64,000 nucleotides of DNA. It comes from a bacterium. Lineage in GTDB: Bacteria > UBA8248. The position numbers were made by a program, and so were the translations under genes. The first letter of the stretch is position 1. The number at the start of each line of letters is the position of its first letter. This document shows positions 38,840 through 60,335 of this stretch, piece after piece. The notes under the pieces were generated by a model. It worked only from the letters and a program-made list of their open reading frames with translations, did no database searches and was not told the origin of the DNA. Location of the stretch: the NCBI GenBank assembly GCA_965213685.1, contig CBDBZY010000064.1:928001-992000 (forward strand). Direction: 5' to 3'.

Positions 38840-38960
38840 CACTCAAGCGCAGGCCGAAAGCAGCAATAGGGAGCGCATTGAGCCAGGCGCCTGACTCTGG
38901 GCATGCAATAGCCAAGAGACGGGCCTTGGACTGACTATCTGGAGCCTCCTCCAAAAGCAT
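38840..38960 (-). mobile_element. CRE-like non-LTR retrotransposon fragment
   Basis: SKARLLAIACPESGAWLNALPIAAFGLRL. Confidence 0.55.
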
Positions 38961-39677
38961 GTTATTATTATTTTTATTACTATTATTCTTAAATATTTTT
39001 ATTACCAAAACAAGGTGAAAGGTACAGCAAAGAGAAGAAAAGAAAGAGCAGAGCACATAAGAATGACTGACATGAAAGTGCCCTTAGAAGTGACTCACAT
39101 AGAGAATGTAAACCATAAGTCTTCTAATAGAGATGCTCTGTTTTTGAGACGTAAGCTCTCTCACGCGCGTACACCTATGCGCTTTTTAGAATTATGCACG
39201 TAGGTATCATCATGCTTTATTATTGGCGAAATCAAATTTGGCGGATGCTTGCGATTCGCCAAACCGCCAAATTAAAGTCCTCGCCAAATTTTCCTGCTAC
39301 AGTGGAACCTCCCTTAACGGACCCTCCGAGATGCTGACAACCTAGATAGAAGAAGAACGGGATTGGAAACCTAACATTAACCCGTTTTATCCGTGGTACG
39401 GTCACGTGAGGGCGAGTACTCGATGGACGGTGGTGAATATCATGGTTATGAGCGTCAAACAACACAAGCAGTATTGTAAAAGTGATTTTTCACTAGTGTT
39501 TGTTTCACCCATAGATAGGTTCACCTTCCTGGCACCATACGTCTTCCTTTCAGAATTCTTCTTCTGAACTAATCAAAACTACCCGTTCCATTTGCACACG
39601 TCTCACGCCTTACATGAGAGATACTGGAGGTACCATTCCATACAAAATACACTGTTATTACCACACGTTTGACTTAA

Positions 39678-40552
39678 GGGAGGGCGAGTCATGATTGCGT
39701 TCTTCGTCAATTACTCTACCGTCGCTTTCCCCCTACATTTACCAACGCTAAAACGACAGCAATTCTTTGGCGCGGTTGCAAATTCGCTGGGAAAAAAATT
39801 CATATTTCCCGCTACCGTTGGACGTGCGGCGCTGTGTGGCGCCAACCGGTGAAGAGGTGGATGCTCGCCAAAGGGGAGTGAACTAGTTTATGCGCAATGG
39901 GTTGCTCGAGGTTTGGCTTGCTATTTTACGGCAGAATTTGCTACCGTTTTTCTAAATTCTGCAGCACAAAACTACGTTATTTTGCTAACAGGCATCATTA
40001 GGAGAATACAATAAAACATAAATCAGGCAAAATCATGTCTTAGGGTCGTCCTGCCTTAATAGTTTTGCGTGATATGTCGGTTCATAGAATTATAAAATTT
40101 ACGCAATATGCATATCGTTAATTATAGAAAAACAATTTGCCAATAACGGCTAATGCTGCAGAGACGAAACTTCGGTGGATGATTACTAAGCATGTTGGCT
40201 ATCTAAGTTTGCTTTAAAAATCCGTGCTAAATCTTTCTTTCTAGACATATAATCGTTTTCTTCGTGCTGCAGAATTTCGAAAAACGGTAGCAAATTCTGC
40301 CGTAAAGTAGCAAGCCAAGCCTCGAGCAACCCATTGCGCATAAACTAGTTCACTCCCCTTTGGCGAGCATCCACCTCTTCACCGGTTGGCGCCACACAGC
40401 GCCGCACGTCCAACGGTAGCGGGAAATATGAAATTTTTCCCAGCGAATTTGCAACCGCGCCAAAGAATTGCTGTCGTTTTAGCGTTGGTAAATGTAGGGG
40501 GAAAGCGACGGTAGAGTAATTGACGAAGAACGCAATCATGACTCGCCCTCCC
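39678..40552. mobile_element. Kolobok-like element, rearranged inverted composite
   Basis: TTAA flanks; two right ends facing outward; an internal inverted left end with TTAA at ~40056-40059. Confidence 0.8.
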
Positions 40553-41122
40553 TTAAATCGCTACTTCTAACACGAGCAAGTAGTAAAAGGTCCACAAAGT
40601 CAACCGTACCGCTACCATCGTTTACCTCCGTTCGTAGAAAACCAGGCTAATTAACAGTCTAAGTCACTAGAACACACGTAGAAAAACACATATAACAAGC
40701 TTTCTGGCTACTAAAACTATCATAGTCTCAGCTATAGGTCCACAACCTCTGGACTAAACCGTACCGCGGAGTAGGAAGTGCCGCCCCCCCATTGAAATGT
40801 ACGGCGTGCATGACGTCATGTGACGTCCGTTTCCAGCTTCTGTCTACGGTACAACGGACAGCAGGCACCGTTTGATTTTAGCATGCGTCTAGTACATTTC
40901 TACGGTGGCCCACAGGGTTCACCCGCCGCGCCCGTACCCGCTGCAGCGTCACACTTGATGTGTTGGGCGCTGTAAGTGTCTGTATTTATGCACGCAACTT
41001 CACGTGATCTGCTAAGTGCTGTCTGACCATAAGAAATGTCAACAAATGTCGAGTATGGCAGGCAGGCAGGCAGGCAGGCAGCAGGCACCGTTTGATTTTA
41101 GCATGCGTCTAGTACATTTCTA

Positions 41123-41317
41123 CGGTGGCCCACAGGGTTCACCTGCCGCGCCCGTACCCGCTGCGGCACCCCATGCTTATACACCCGCCGCAGCGGTATC
41201 CGGCACCTGCGCCCGTACCCGCTGCGGCACTCGCTGCGGCGGGTGTATAGAGCATGGGGTGCCGCAGCGGGTGCCGCCGCGGGTACGGGCGCGGCGGGTG
41301 AACCCTGTTGGCCACCG
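41123..41317. mobile_element. GC-rich palindromic MITE with 10-bp TSD (MULE-like)
   Basis: CGGTGGCC..CAGGGTTCACC TIRs; TSD tacatttcta; partial duplicate with its flank at 40861-40950. Confidence 0.65.
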
Positions 41318-41463
41318 TACATTTCTAACCTCCGAGAAACGGACAATTGTAACCTCTCTGTTCCGGACAACGGACATTCAGAATGATCGTGGCTCTACAA
41401 AAAAGTCTCTAAGAGCGAACAGACTGAAAGCCACGCCCCCTCGTACTAGGGAAGGCGTGGCTC

Positions 41464-44400
41464 TGTCACATCAAATTTGGTCCTAATGAAAAGTGGTCCT
41501 AGGACCATTTCTGTCCCGTCAAAATTGGTCCTAGGACAATTTTTGTTCTGTCAAAAGTGGTCCTAGGACTGTTTTTGTCCTGTCAAATTAGGTCCCCTAG
41601 GACCAAATGTGTCAACAAAAATGGTCCTACCTAAGCAGTTTTGGTCCTACACAGGACCGTTATTGTTCTGTCAAATTTGGTCAGTTTTTGTCTTCTTGTC
41701 AATTGTGATGCTCCTCACAGACATACACTGTCAACAACTTCCATATACCTCTGCATCCCTACACCCAAGGTTTTGTTGACATGTTCCACATGAATATTGA
41801 AAGTAGAACAATAAATCAGTCGTGATGTTCAATATCATAATAATAGCAAAGAGGATAAATATGCACAAGTCCTTAGTTACAAGCATGACACTGCCATTCT
41901 GCTCCTTTCATAAAAGCACCCTTGGGAGGAGCAACGCAAGTACTCAAATGGAACCACTCCCTACATGTTGTGCACTGTATCATGGCAGCTGTTGGGGTGT
42001 GTTGTGGCATTCAACATGTACAGAATACGTTGAACACCTGCTGCTTGGTCAGTTTCGTACGGTTCCGTCGCTCCTTAAGGACAGGAAACATGTTCAGGTT
42101 TCCATTTTCTAGGCTTCCCTGTAGGTGTTTCTTCCTTGGTTGAAGTGTACATTGCCAGGTTCATCCCCTGATGCCAGTGTATAGGCGAATGCCAAAGCAA
42201 AAAGTCCACAGTCAGCTCCTCCCATCTGCCTCTGAGTAGCCATGAACCTGCAAGCATACAAACACTGTGAATGCAACATACATATGAGATAGAGATTGGA
42301 TATACCTGATTGTTATGCTCCTTTCCTTTGTGCACAAAAGTGCAGCTATTTGAGCCTCTAGGTCCTTGGATGGCTTTCGAGCAAGGCTGTCATAGAGGCA
42401 GATCTCTCCAGGTTTGCAGCCAATGGTTGACACGGTGACCCAGTGATCACCACCAGTGTGGAGCACTTGCACAAAGTCCTTATGCTCAACAGCAAATGTT
42501 AGTGTTTTTCCCAAGCATACATCCTGAAAACCAGATACATGGAAAAACTGTTTCTCGATCAGCACTTGGCCTGCATTAATGAGCCTGTCGTTCAGCCACC
42601 CACCACTTTCCAAAGTGCACTTGTCTTCAAACAGCAGCCCTGCTACCCATTTCCTTGGTTCCTTTGTTGTGCATACATAATTGTCAAGACAAATCACCTA
42701 AAGGTGTGGTTGAGCTACCTTGGCTGAGGAAGTGGAGGGAGCAGTCTTAGATGAGGATGTCGATGGAGCATACTTGGCTGAGGATGTGGAGGGAGCAGTC
42801 TTAGATGAGGATGTCGATGGAGCATACTTGGCTGAGGGTGTGGGTGGAGCTGTCTTGGCTGAGGATATGCAGGATACGGAGGAAGCAGTCTTGGCTGAGG
42901 GTGTGAAGGAGACACTCAGGTGTAAGGGGGTGGATGGGTGGGAGGTGGCACTTGAATATGAAGCAGAAGAGTGGGGAATAGGTGATGGTGGAGTATGGAG
43001 GTCTGGGAAAAAGTCAGGGAGATAGCCTCCTGAGTTAACTGGAGTGCTGTAATGTGTAGGGCCAGCATCCACACCGTTCTCACTCCAATCCTACAAAGAG
43101 AAGGCAACGATGTGTGTGGCAGTATTACTGGTACACAATTAAATATCATTACAATGTACATGTACCTTGTTGACTGCAGTGTCAGCCTGAGGAGGGTTGG
43201 GTTGTGGAGTGTTGATTCCAGGGATGATGGACCAAGGAGAACTGGTCTGAGGAACTTGAGGATTGGAATGAAGTGAATTCACTGAAGACTGACGTGGAGT
43301 ATGAACTTCAAAACATAGCCTATGCTTCTTTGGCCGAGGAGGACTGAGCTGTGGAGACCTACACGGAAGTATAAGTCATCAATCTGAGGCAGCAATAATA
43401 CAAAGAGAACAACCTGGAGCATGGAGGTAGCTGCAGACGTGGGGGGAGTGGAGGGATTGAGTCATCAAGCCAAGACAGCTGTGATGGTGGGGTTGAGTCA
43501 TCCACAGAGAGGGTAGGTGAACTCTGTAAGCACAAACAAAGGTAAGGATGGTGTTGCACCAGTTCTAGAATTCTACAAACACTGTTGAATGTAGATCTGC
43601 TGTAGATTGCTAACCTCAGCCATTGGACTGGGGGGAGGAGTACTGTATGGCTTTAGATGGCCACCACTGACTCTTGGCACAACCACATCTATGTTGTCAA
43701 CTGCTCTCAGTGCATACAACGCCTTGCCGAGACACTTGGTGATAGTGTATGGTCCCTGCCACTTGAGATCCATCTTGCCACCCTTTCACTTCCTTCTGGT
43801 AAAATCCCTCAGCAATACCTTGGCTCCCAACTTATAAGCACCACCAACACAATGCTTCCGATCATAATGCTCCTTCTGCTTTTGCTGGGCGATGAGTATG
43901 TTTTCCTTTGCTGCTTGAATGATCTTCACATGATGTGTAGTTGCTCTGTCCACCTGTGAAAACAGGCAAATGAATGTTGCACACTAAACTACAGCAACAA
44001 TATACCTGGGAAGGTGACAGTTCTGGTTTCTGCTGGATCTCCTTCCGTATCAGGTCTGGATCATTGCCACACATCTGGAGGTCAATTGGTAGTACAGCCT
44101 TTCTTCCAAACATAAGCTCATAGGGAGGGTAGTGAGTGGATTCATGCCGAGATGTGTTGTATGCAAACACACGTGTGTCAAGAAACTGCTCCCACAGCTC
44201 CTTTTTTTCTGCCACATACTTCACTAACATGTTTTGAAGGGTCTGGTTGACTCGTTCGTCAAGTCCATTGGCCTGTTATTGTAGTAGGAACATTGTCTGA
44301 CACAACTATCTTTCGTGTACTATAATGTCTAGTACCTGTGGGTGATAGGCAGTGGTCAGCTTGTGCTTGATACCAAGGAGGTGCATGATCTCCTTGTTTA

Positions 44401-45417
44401 GGAGGTTGTTGAACTCCTTTCCTTGGTCACTTGTGCCAACTCTTGGCAAACCCATCCTCATGAAGAGCTAAGGGAAACAATCAAATAGTTATGAAGTTTT
44501 AATAACTAATTCTTCTCATTCTTACCTTGAAAAGTGACAGTGCAGTCTTGTCTTGTCTTGTCTGGGGTGGCAAAAGCCTCCACCCATTTGGTGCAGTAAT
44601 CACTGCAAGTCAGAATATAACGATTGCCAGCTGGGGATGGGTAGGCCAGTGGGCCCACAAAGTCAATTCCTATGTGGTGCCATGGAGCTTTCACAGGGAT
44701 AGTATGCAGCTCTGGACGCACCAGTGGCAGCTTTCCATTCACTTTCTGACAGACATCACACCTAGCAACCTAATGAGTGACAGTTGTAACTAAAAAAATT
44801 GAACTCAAGAGTTATGCGCTGCTTACCATCCCCTGGCAATCCTTCACTATGCCCTTCCATACAAACCGCTCATTGATGCGTGCTAAAGTCCTCCGAAAGC
44901 CTAGATGGCCCGATGTTGGATCAGAGTGACATGCGCGCAGGATTCGGATCTGCTCATCCCTGGTTCTGATGTACCGGATCAGTACCTCCGTCTGCAGTGA
45001 AATGCGTAATGGAAAAAACGCGGAGAATTTGGATAAATATACACACCTTCTTTCCGCCTAGGCGGCGGACAGTCTTCTTGTAGAGTAGCTCCCCATCACG
45101 CGTTACAAACTTCGCTGCCTTTCGGCGAATCACTCGCTTTTCGTTGCCTTTGCACCCGTTGGGGTAGCGTCCTTCGGTTAAGTAGATGTAGGCCTTGTCA
45201 AGAAGATCTCCGCTGGCTTCAATCTCCTTGTCCTGCTGCATCCCGACGGACTCGTGTAACAGTTTCGCGCCACAACAAAGTACGCATGCGTGTGGGACCA
45301 AAATTGTTGAGGGCCGATCAAATTTTACACAAAAAAAAGGTCCGGGTAGGACCAGTTTTGCATACAATTTTGATCCCCCCGGACCGTTTTTGATCCTGGA
45401 CCAAAATTAACGCGACG
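41464..45417 (-). mobile_element. Ginger1-type DNA transposon
   Basis: TGTCAC...TTTGGTCC terminus with repeated ggtcc/ggacc subterminal motifs at both ends; encodes an intron-containing Gypsy-like integrase. No clear TSD. Confidence 0.82.
41873..45241 (-). pseudogene. Multi-exon integrase (H2C2, DDE, GPY/F) + Ser/Pro linker + Ulp1-like protease + PHD finger
   Basis: CHSDPTSGH..CDVCQ; IGIDFVGP; SDQGKEF; AYHPQ|ANGLDER; WQGPY; WLND..HWVTV..YDSL..QRQMGGADCGLFA; CTTCREWFH..WQCHAC. GT-AG introns; frameshifts and a stop. Confidence 0.85.
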
Positions 45418-45744
45418 CAAGGAACCGACATCCAAGGCACCACGGAGGCGTGGCTTTTTGCCTTTTAACCCTTTCCTCTCGGCGATCGTGTACACAATCA
45501 TGCGGTGCGACTGCTATGTTATATCGAACTCAAATAGCTCAGGCCAAGTTGTTATGGCCACTAAAATGCTTAAGCAACTGTCGGTAGATTGTTCTTAGGG
45601 GTAGAACCAAGTTATGAGTCAATCTCCCAGATAGGGATACCTCTCTACAACGGACAAAAGGCCTGCTCCCAATGTGTCCGTTGTTCGGAGGCTCCACTGT
45701 ATACGGTACGTATTATACTGTACATGTATTTCTCATGTACACAG

Positions 45745-46713
45745 TTTCAACAGACTCAAGTAGAGCAATTCTGCGGAAGGGAAAATGGCCTTTCCATCTT
45801 GCCATCAAACCCTGAGGACTTGAGCACTGTTATGTCCCTAAGAATGGCTGCTCTAACATGAAGCGACTTTTGCTGATTCTTAATGGTGTGCTTGCTCCTG
45901 AGTCAGCACAGCAGACGAGGCCAGCAGAGGTGTGTATAGTGTATATGACCTCATTCTTATGATGGTATATTTAGTAATAGTTATAACACACGCACGAGGG
46001 ATGTATCGGATTTACAATCACGACGCCCGAGGGCGAAGCCGGAGGGTGGAGTGATTGTAAATTTTATACATCCTGACATGGGCGTGTTATCAACTGTTTT
46101 GTGGCTTCCTACTCTGCTACGTATGATATGGTGCTAAGTGTTTTGACTATTGAAAACAGAATCCTAGTAAGTGCTCATTAGTCTCCACCCCAGGGATACA
46201 ACTGGTTGTAACCCTACCTGCAGGGATACAACCGATTTGTAACCCTGGCGATCTCTTTGATCTACATAAGCAGTATGCCACAAATTATCCTGTATTAGCA
46301 CCAAACACTTGATGGTTTCCTTTTGTGCATGTAATTATTGCACCCATTTCCTTTGGGGTGCAAAGGTCAAATTATGTGTACCCGTTTCCCTTGGGGTGCA
46401 AAGGTCAACTTTTGTGCACCCACAGGGGAACCTGGAAACTGGTCTACTACAGTGATTGTTGCAATTTCAGATAAAAATGACTTGTATTGCAGACCTTGCA
46501 TTATGACCTGTATGCCCTTATGAATTATCTCACCATCCCCCCCTTCATACTACCACTCCATCACTTCTTATCACTCCACCAGGCTCCTCATGAAAGAATA
46601 TTTTGGTCAGCTAAGCAGTGAAGACAAGCGTCACACTTACATCATAAATTTTGTCATGAGTTAGATTTCTATTATTCTCTTTACCCAGAAGAGCAATATT
46701 CACACAATCATGA
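45745..46713 (+). pseudogene. Truncated, deleted duplicate of sulfotransferase A
   Basis: Lacks exons 1-2; ~50-bp deletion before VPKNG; ~390-bp deletion removing the 3'-PB motif. Confidence 0.9.
45972..46283. mobile_element. Non-autonomous insertion with terminal palindrome (possibly Crypton-like); related insertion at ~48336-48622
   Basis: ataacac..gggatgtatcggatttacaatcac-gcccgagggcgaagccggaggg-gtgattgtaaa..atacatcc..gtgttat; absent from unit 1. Family assignment is tentative. Confidence 0.45.
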
Positions 46714-47155
46714 TTGTGAACACGCATACTGTGAGATCACACTGTCCAAATGATTTGTTTTGATGACTCATGTGCATAGCAATGTTCTGTCAAATATGGA
46801 ATGTAAACACTCAGACCATGGTCATAGGCAATGTACATAGTATGTGCATGGAGGAGTGAGCTTCATGGTAGTGTGGGAAGTGCCAAGGTACCATGTACGC
46901 GTATACTAGCTGTATGTGTATGATGCATGAACAAGTGCACAAAGTGACAATGTTTGTGTTGTACACTGTACAGTGGTCAAAACTGTAGTTTGTTGAGTAG
47001 CTTAGTTCCCAGGCGTTGGTTGGGGCCAAGTACTAGGCTGTGGATAGTGTTGCTTCATGTAGAATGAGAATCACTATGGCACATCAATACACAGTCATAT
47101 AATGATATTGAGTTAAAATCATGCATCAGGCAGAGGAGATACCATGCACAATGCT

Positions 47156-55868
<8,713 letters not shown>

Positions 55869-58800
55869 CTGAAAAGAATAGAAAGTACCAACGGTTATTT
55901 AGAGTACATTAACATGTACATATACAATGGAAATACTAGGCTTTGTACTCATTGCCACTTCATTGGAGTGCCTTTCCTCATAGCAGGCACTACCACTGGA
56001 AATGAGAGTGGATACCATTAACAAGTGTGGTTGGAATTATTTGTCAAAGTAGCTACTGCATCACAACCAACGGAATGCATCAAGACATACGTAGAGCAGA
56101 GCAACTCCTCCCTGAGGACAACGGCTACTATGGCATAAGATGCTATCCTAGCATCATTTCATTTCAATTAATGTATAGACCACATGAAGGAATATGGTGT
56201 ACAATTCATAAGCTACTGAAGTATGGTATGTGCTTAGTGTTTAGCCAGTACACACATAAACATTAGAAGGCTCTGCATGTTAAAAAATGTAACAAGTATT
56301 AACAGCAAGTGAGTACGTCATAACCAGTTTAGTAATACTATGACTAGGGGGTTACTGTTGAGTATAGAAACACAAGAATACATGTATCTCCCTCAGTATT
56401 TATGCATGTGACCCATACCCTCAGTAGTCTAGCATGCTAGACCCTCTCCTTCCACTACGCACGCGATGAAGCCACACGTGGGGAGAGAAGAGACTGCAAG
56501 TGAGTGATAGCAGTTAGATTTGGGAGTGTGTCTTCTCCAGGGCTGTATCCCAATGCTACATTTGACGCTGAGGTTAATGGCCCCACAGCCTGAGGGCGTG
56601 GCATGCAGTGGTTCACACATGCGCACGATGAGGGAACTTGGAAGTCATGTGACAGTTGGCGGTAGACGGACAGAGCTGGCTCATTGGTGGCTGCTCTTGT
56701 GAGAGCAAAGCTTTCCCACCCACCCATCCTTAGGCTGTGTATGGGTTATATACAAAAGGGGGAAGGGTCTTTGTGTAGTCATTGCTCTGGGAGGGTGTTT
56801 CGTGGCAGACCAGGCTCTGCATCTCCAGGTGAATCTGTGACTGTGTCTGGGCAGGAGGGGCGGGTGGGCCACTCCTCTCACCCAAGTTTGCAGGCGCAAC
56901 CCGGGGGGGCAATTTGCCTGAAGCCACTCCCCTCTTGTCCGCCAACCCAGGGCAATACTCTACTATAGGTAGTAGGGGTACTATCTGGTAGGGGTAGCTA
57001 GTCTGGATGCTGTGCCACACCCATTTTCGATGTTCCTGTCACAACACACTCTACTCTGGTCAAGAGACTCCCTACACATTCCACAGTCTCAAGGGTATAG
57101 GAGAAGTAAGAACCTAGTGTGGGAGTGACTGTGAATAGTGGTGGGGGTGGGAGGGGGAGTGGGGGTGGGAGGGGGGGGAGCATAGGTGGCCATTTAAGTT
57201 GTAGCCACACTGCAATAGTGGTTATCTCAGTTGCAGCTGAAATGTCATCATGTCACTCCCACACTAGGTTCTTACTTCTCCTATACCCTTGAGACTGTGG
57301 AATGTTTAGGGAGTCTCTTGACCAGAGTAGAGTGTGTTGTGACAGGAACTTGACATGTGGTGCCACAATGGGAGGTCACTCCCATGCAGGGAGCGTAGGA
57401 AGCACTCCGGCCAGTCAGGCAATGGCTTGACCAGTATTCCATCAAAAATGGGCATGGCACAGTGTGGTAGGCATGGCCCCATGTGAAATGGATGTAGCAA
57501 TTGTCCACGACTACTGGAACTAGTTCTCAGTCTGAGGGGAGCCATATCAGCCAGGTCTTGAATTTAACGTTCCCAAGTGTTCTTTGAGAAGTTAATCATT
57601 TCAGCATTGATCATTTCAATATTCAACATTAATTTTAGTATATTATTTCCACTTTAAAGATGAACATGGCTCAATCTCACTGTAAACATTATGGGTGTGG
57701 TAATAATAGCCTGACCAATACGATTTTACTTCCTACTCCACTGCCAGGCCATGCACAATAGACTGGACTAATGGACTGCCATTGATAAACCCTATCACTC
57801 AATCCCAAATACTTATTGGAGGATTTCCTACACATTTGCACATTCTGTTCAGTGCCAGGTATTGAGATAACCATATATAATGGTTTTGCAAGTAGCTTTT
57901 GCTGGTAACAACAGGTCTAGTCTATTGAGCTAGACCCTCCCTTCTGCTTGTATGCAATTCTTCACGATTTGGATACAAATGGAAGAGAGAGTCTAATTCA
58001 GTTCCTGTGTACTGGTATATGTAAAAATAATCTTATTTCCATACAGATGACAGGCTTTGCAAGACTAGTCTAAATTTCACCATCTTTTATTGTGTCAGGC
58101 TACAATAAAATGCTACTTCATTTTTACTACATTTAGAGCGTTCCACTGCATGTTGTTGTATCATGGATGAGTATAGCAGACACATGTAATTATGGTTAGT
58201 AAAACAGACACCTCATGGAATCAGTTCCTTCCGAGCATGTGGTCACACACGCATACAATGCAAAAAATTTCACAAAATAGTATACGTACATATGGTGGGA
58301 TATATGTCCTCTCCCACATACACTTGGGACTCAGACATGGATCACTGCCAAACAGTTCAAACACATGCTAACTATAATATAAAATTAATATAATGTGGCT
58401 CTGCATATGATCACTGTGAAACTTGTACTACCTTTGGAGTAACTTGGGAATGAGTCATTGCCTGATGTGTGTGCATCATATATACATCAGCGTATGCTGG
58501 CCACAACGCAAGTGAATATTGCACATGGCAGTGGACCAAAAGAACGTTCATAAAGGAGACAAAAGGTTTGCCCAGTTGGTTGGGCCATGGCCACCTTGCT
58601 GTACTGGCCTTGGGACCATTGAGTAGTGTGTGGGGGATGATTATAACAAAGGGATACATGCATCATCACATTCTCAAATGTGTAATTCTTAAGCACCTTT
58701 CTATGCAGTGTTGAGTGTATGTACAATGAAGTGGGTGTCTCTTATCGTTCATTTCAGCTTTGGAATAATTCAGTTTTGCTAGACAAAACACAAACCATGA

Positions 58801-59015
58801 TGTTTTCAGCTTATGGTTGGATGTCCTCAACTATACGTACACTTGGGATTGTCGTGGGAAATGTTCTGTACCCTTGCAAATGAGAACAGTGCATAGGAAT
58901 GTTGCTCCTACTATGTACGTACATGCACAGGCATCTTCAAAACAAATGTACTGGCATATTCCAAGCACAATCCTCAATACTAGCAACACTATTAATTCAC
59001 CTGTTATGACACCTA

Positions 59016-59455
59016 CCGTAGATCGGGAAATTTTCAACTGTAGAAACTTTCGTCTGTCAAATTTTCGCGTTAAAATATTTTCGTCGCTCCAGCACACCGA
59101 CGAAAATTAAATACGACGAAATTTTAAATCTGACAAAATTTTAACGGCGTTTACGGTATCTGTACACTTGCGTACATGGATCGAGTCTCCTCTAGGATCA
59201 GGTAGAGAACCGATTGGTTCAACACAGCCATTTGCTTCACACGTGTACTCGCTGAATAGCCTCGTACCCAGGCCCCCGCGTTGAAGGCCTGGGTACGAGG
59301 CTACTCGCTGAAGTGCTTCGCGATCTTATTATTCGACTTGGAAAATATTTCGCGTGTTCTTATTTTTCGACGTGGAAAATATTTCGCGTGTTAAAATTTC
59401 GACGTTAGAAGCACCGACGAAATATTTTTAACGACGAAAATTTCCCGATCTACGG
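59016..59455. mobile_element. pogo-like MITE, TA TSD
   Basis: CCGTAGATCGGGAAATTTTC TIRs; empty site acctatgtag at 31731. Confidence 0.85.
59257..59303. mobile_element. 47-bp AcademH-like mini-element
   Basis: TAGCCTCGTACCCAGGCC TIR; 9-bp TSD ctcgctgaa. Confidence 0.8.
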
Positions 59456-59724
59456 TATGTAGGTCATTCAACATATAGTATGCCTTTGGTGTGTATGAAG
59501 CAGGCTTAGTACTAATGCAGTGTCCCCGAATGCCTGGTGTGTGACCAGCACATACCACGCGTAGGTATGAACAAATAAATCGTGCTTACTATGTATAACC
59601 TCTTACACTGTGGCTAAGGACCTCCCATATTTGGACATAGAAATATGCAAACGAGAGTCCAGTAGTGTACTATCCACACATTTCCACATGCCTTCAGTCT
59701 CAAGGGTATAAGAGAAGTATGAAC

Positions 59725-60335
59725 CAAGCCCGTAGGCAGCAAACAGAGTGGGAGGGTGCTTTCTTTGATTAAGTGGACTTTATGAAATATGGCTAACTTA
59801 TATACTCATTCAGAGAATGTTACAATTACATGAAGTGGTGTGTCAGTTCAAGTACTATAATGCCAATGATATACATTCAAAGGTGGTGTACACCTAAAAA
59901 TTGTTTACTATAAACTGTAAGTATCGTACACACAGACGTATAATGCTACTTATATGAGCAAAGACTCCAATTCAAGCATCGTTGGTTTACGTTAGTCTCG
60001 CGTAGCCAGACTCTCTCGCTACGCGAGACTAGGTTTACGTACCCACGCAGTAAAGTAAGCATGTGGTAGTCTGTGAACCAGACCGTATTCCGTGAACGCG
60101 CATGCACGAGGGAAAGGAGGAGGGGAGGACGCTTGCGCATGAACGTTCACCGAATACGGTCTGGTTCACGAGACTAGCATGTGGGCAAACATGCGCATTT
60201 TCAAAGTAGGCGTCACACGCTCGCTCCGCACGCGTCAAAACGCTGATTTACGCAACAACTATGCTCAAGGTGGACCTCTGTGCAAACGGGGTGGGTGCGT
60301 ACGCACCCCACGCACCCCCCCTGCCTACGGGCTTG
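59725..60335. mobile_element. CAA-ended MITE, 5-bp TSD
   Basis: CAAGCCCGTAGGCAG...CTGCCTACGGGCTTG; TSD tgaac. Confidence 0.85.
59993..60031. mobile_element. 39-bp AcademH-like mini-element
   Basis: TAGTCTCGCGTAGC...GCTACGCGAGACTA; 9-bp TSD ggtttacgt; empty site at ~26637-26645. Confidence 0.85.

Larger units (their letters stand above)
39300..45699. mobile_element. pogo/Tc1-like non-autonomous element (TA TSD) acting as host for nested insertions
   Basis: TA-CAGTGGAACCTC...GAGGCTCCACTG-TA; it splits the TIR (cgccaaattttcctgc-ta-tacggta) of an older MITE. Confidence 0.75.

Noticed and set aside
41473-41690. Regularly spaced ggtccta repeats as an array or iterons
   Set aside because: Explained as subterminal repeats of the Ginger element.
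41873-45241. Gypsy LTR retrotransposon or host GIN1 gene
   Set aside because: No RT or LTRs; it has introns, inverted termini and disabling mutations, which fits Ginger1.
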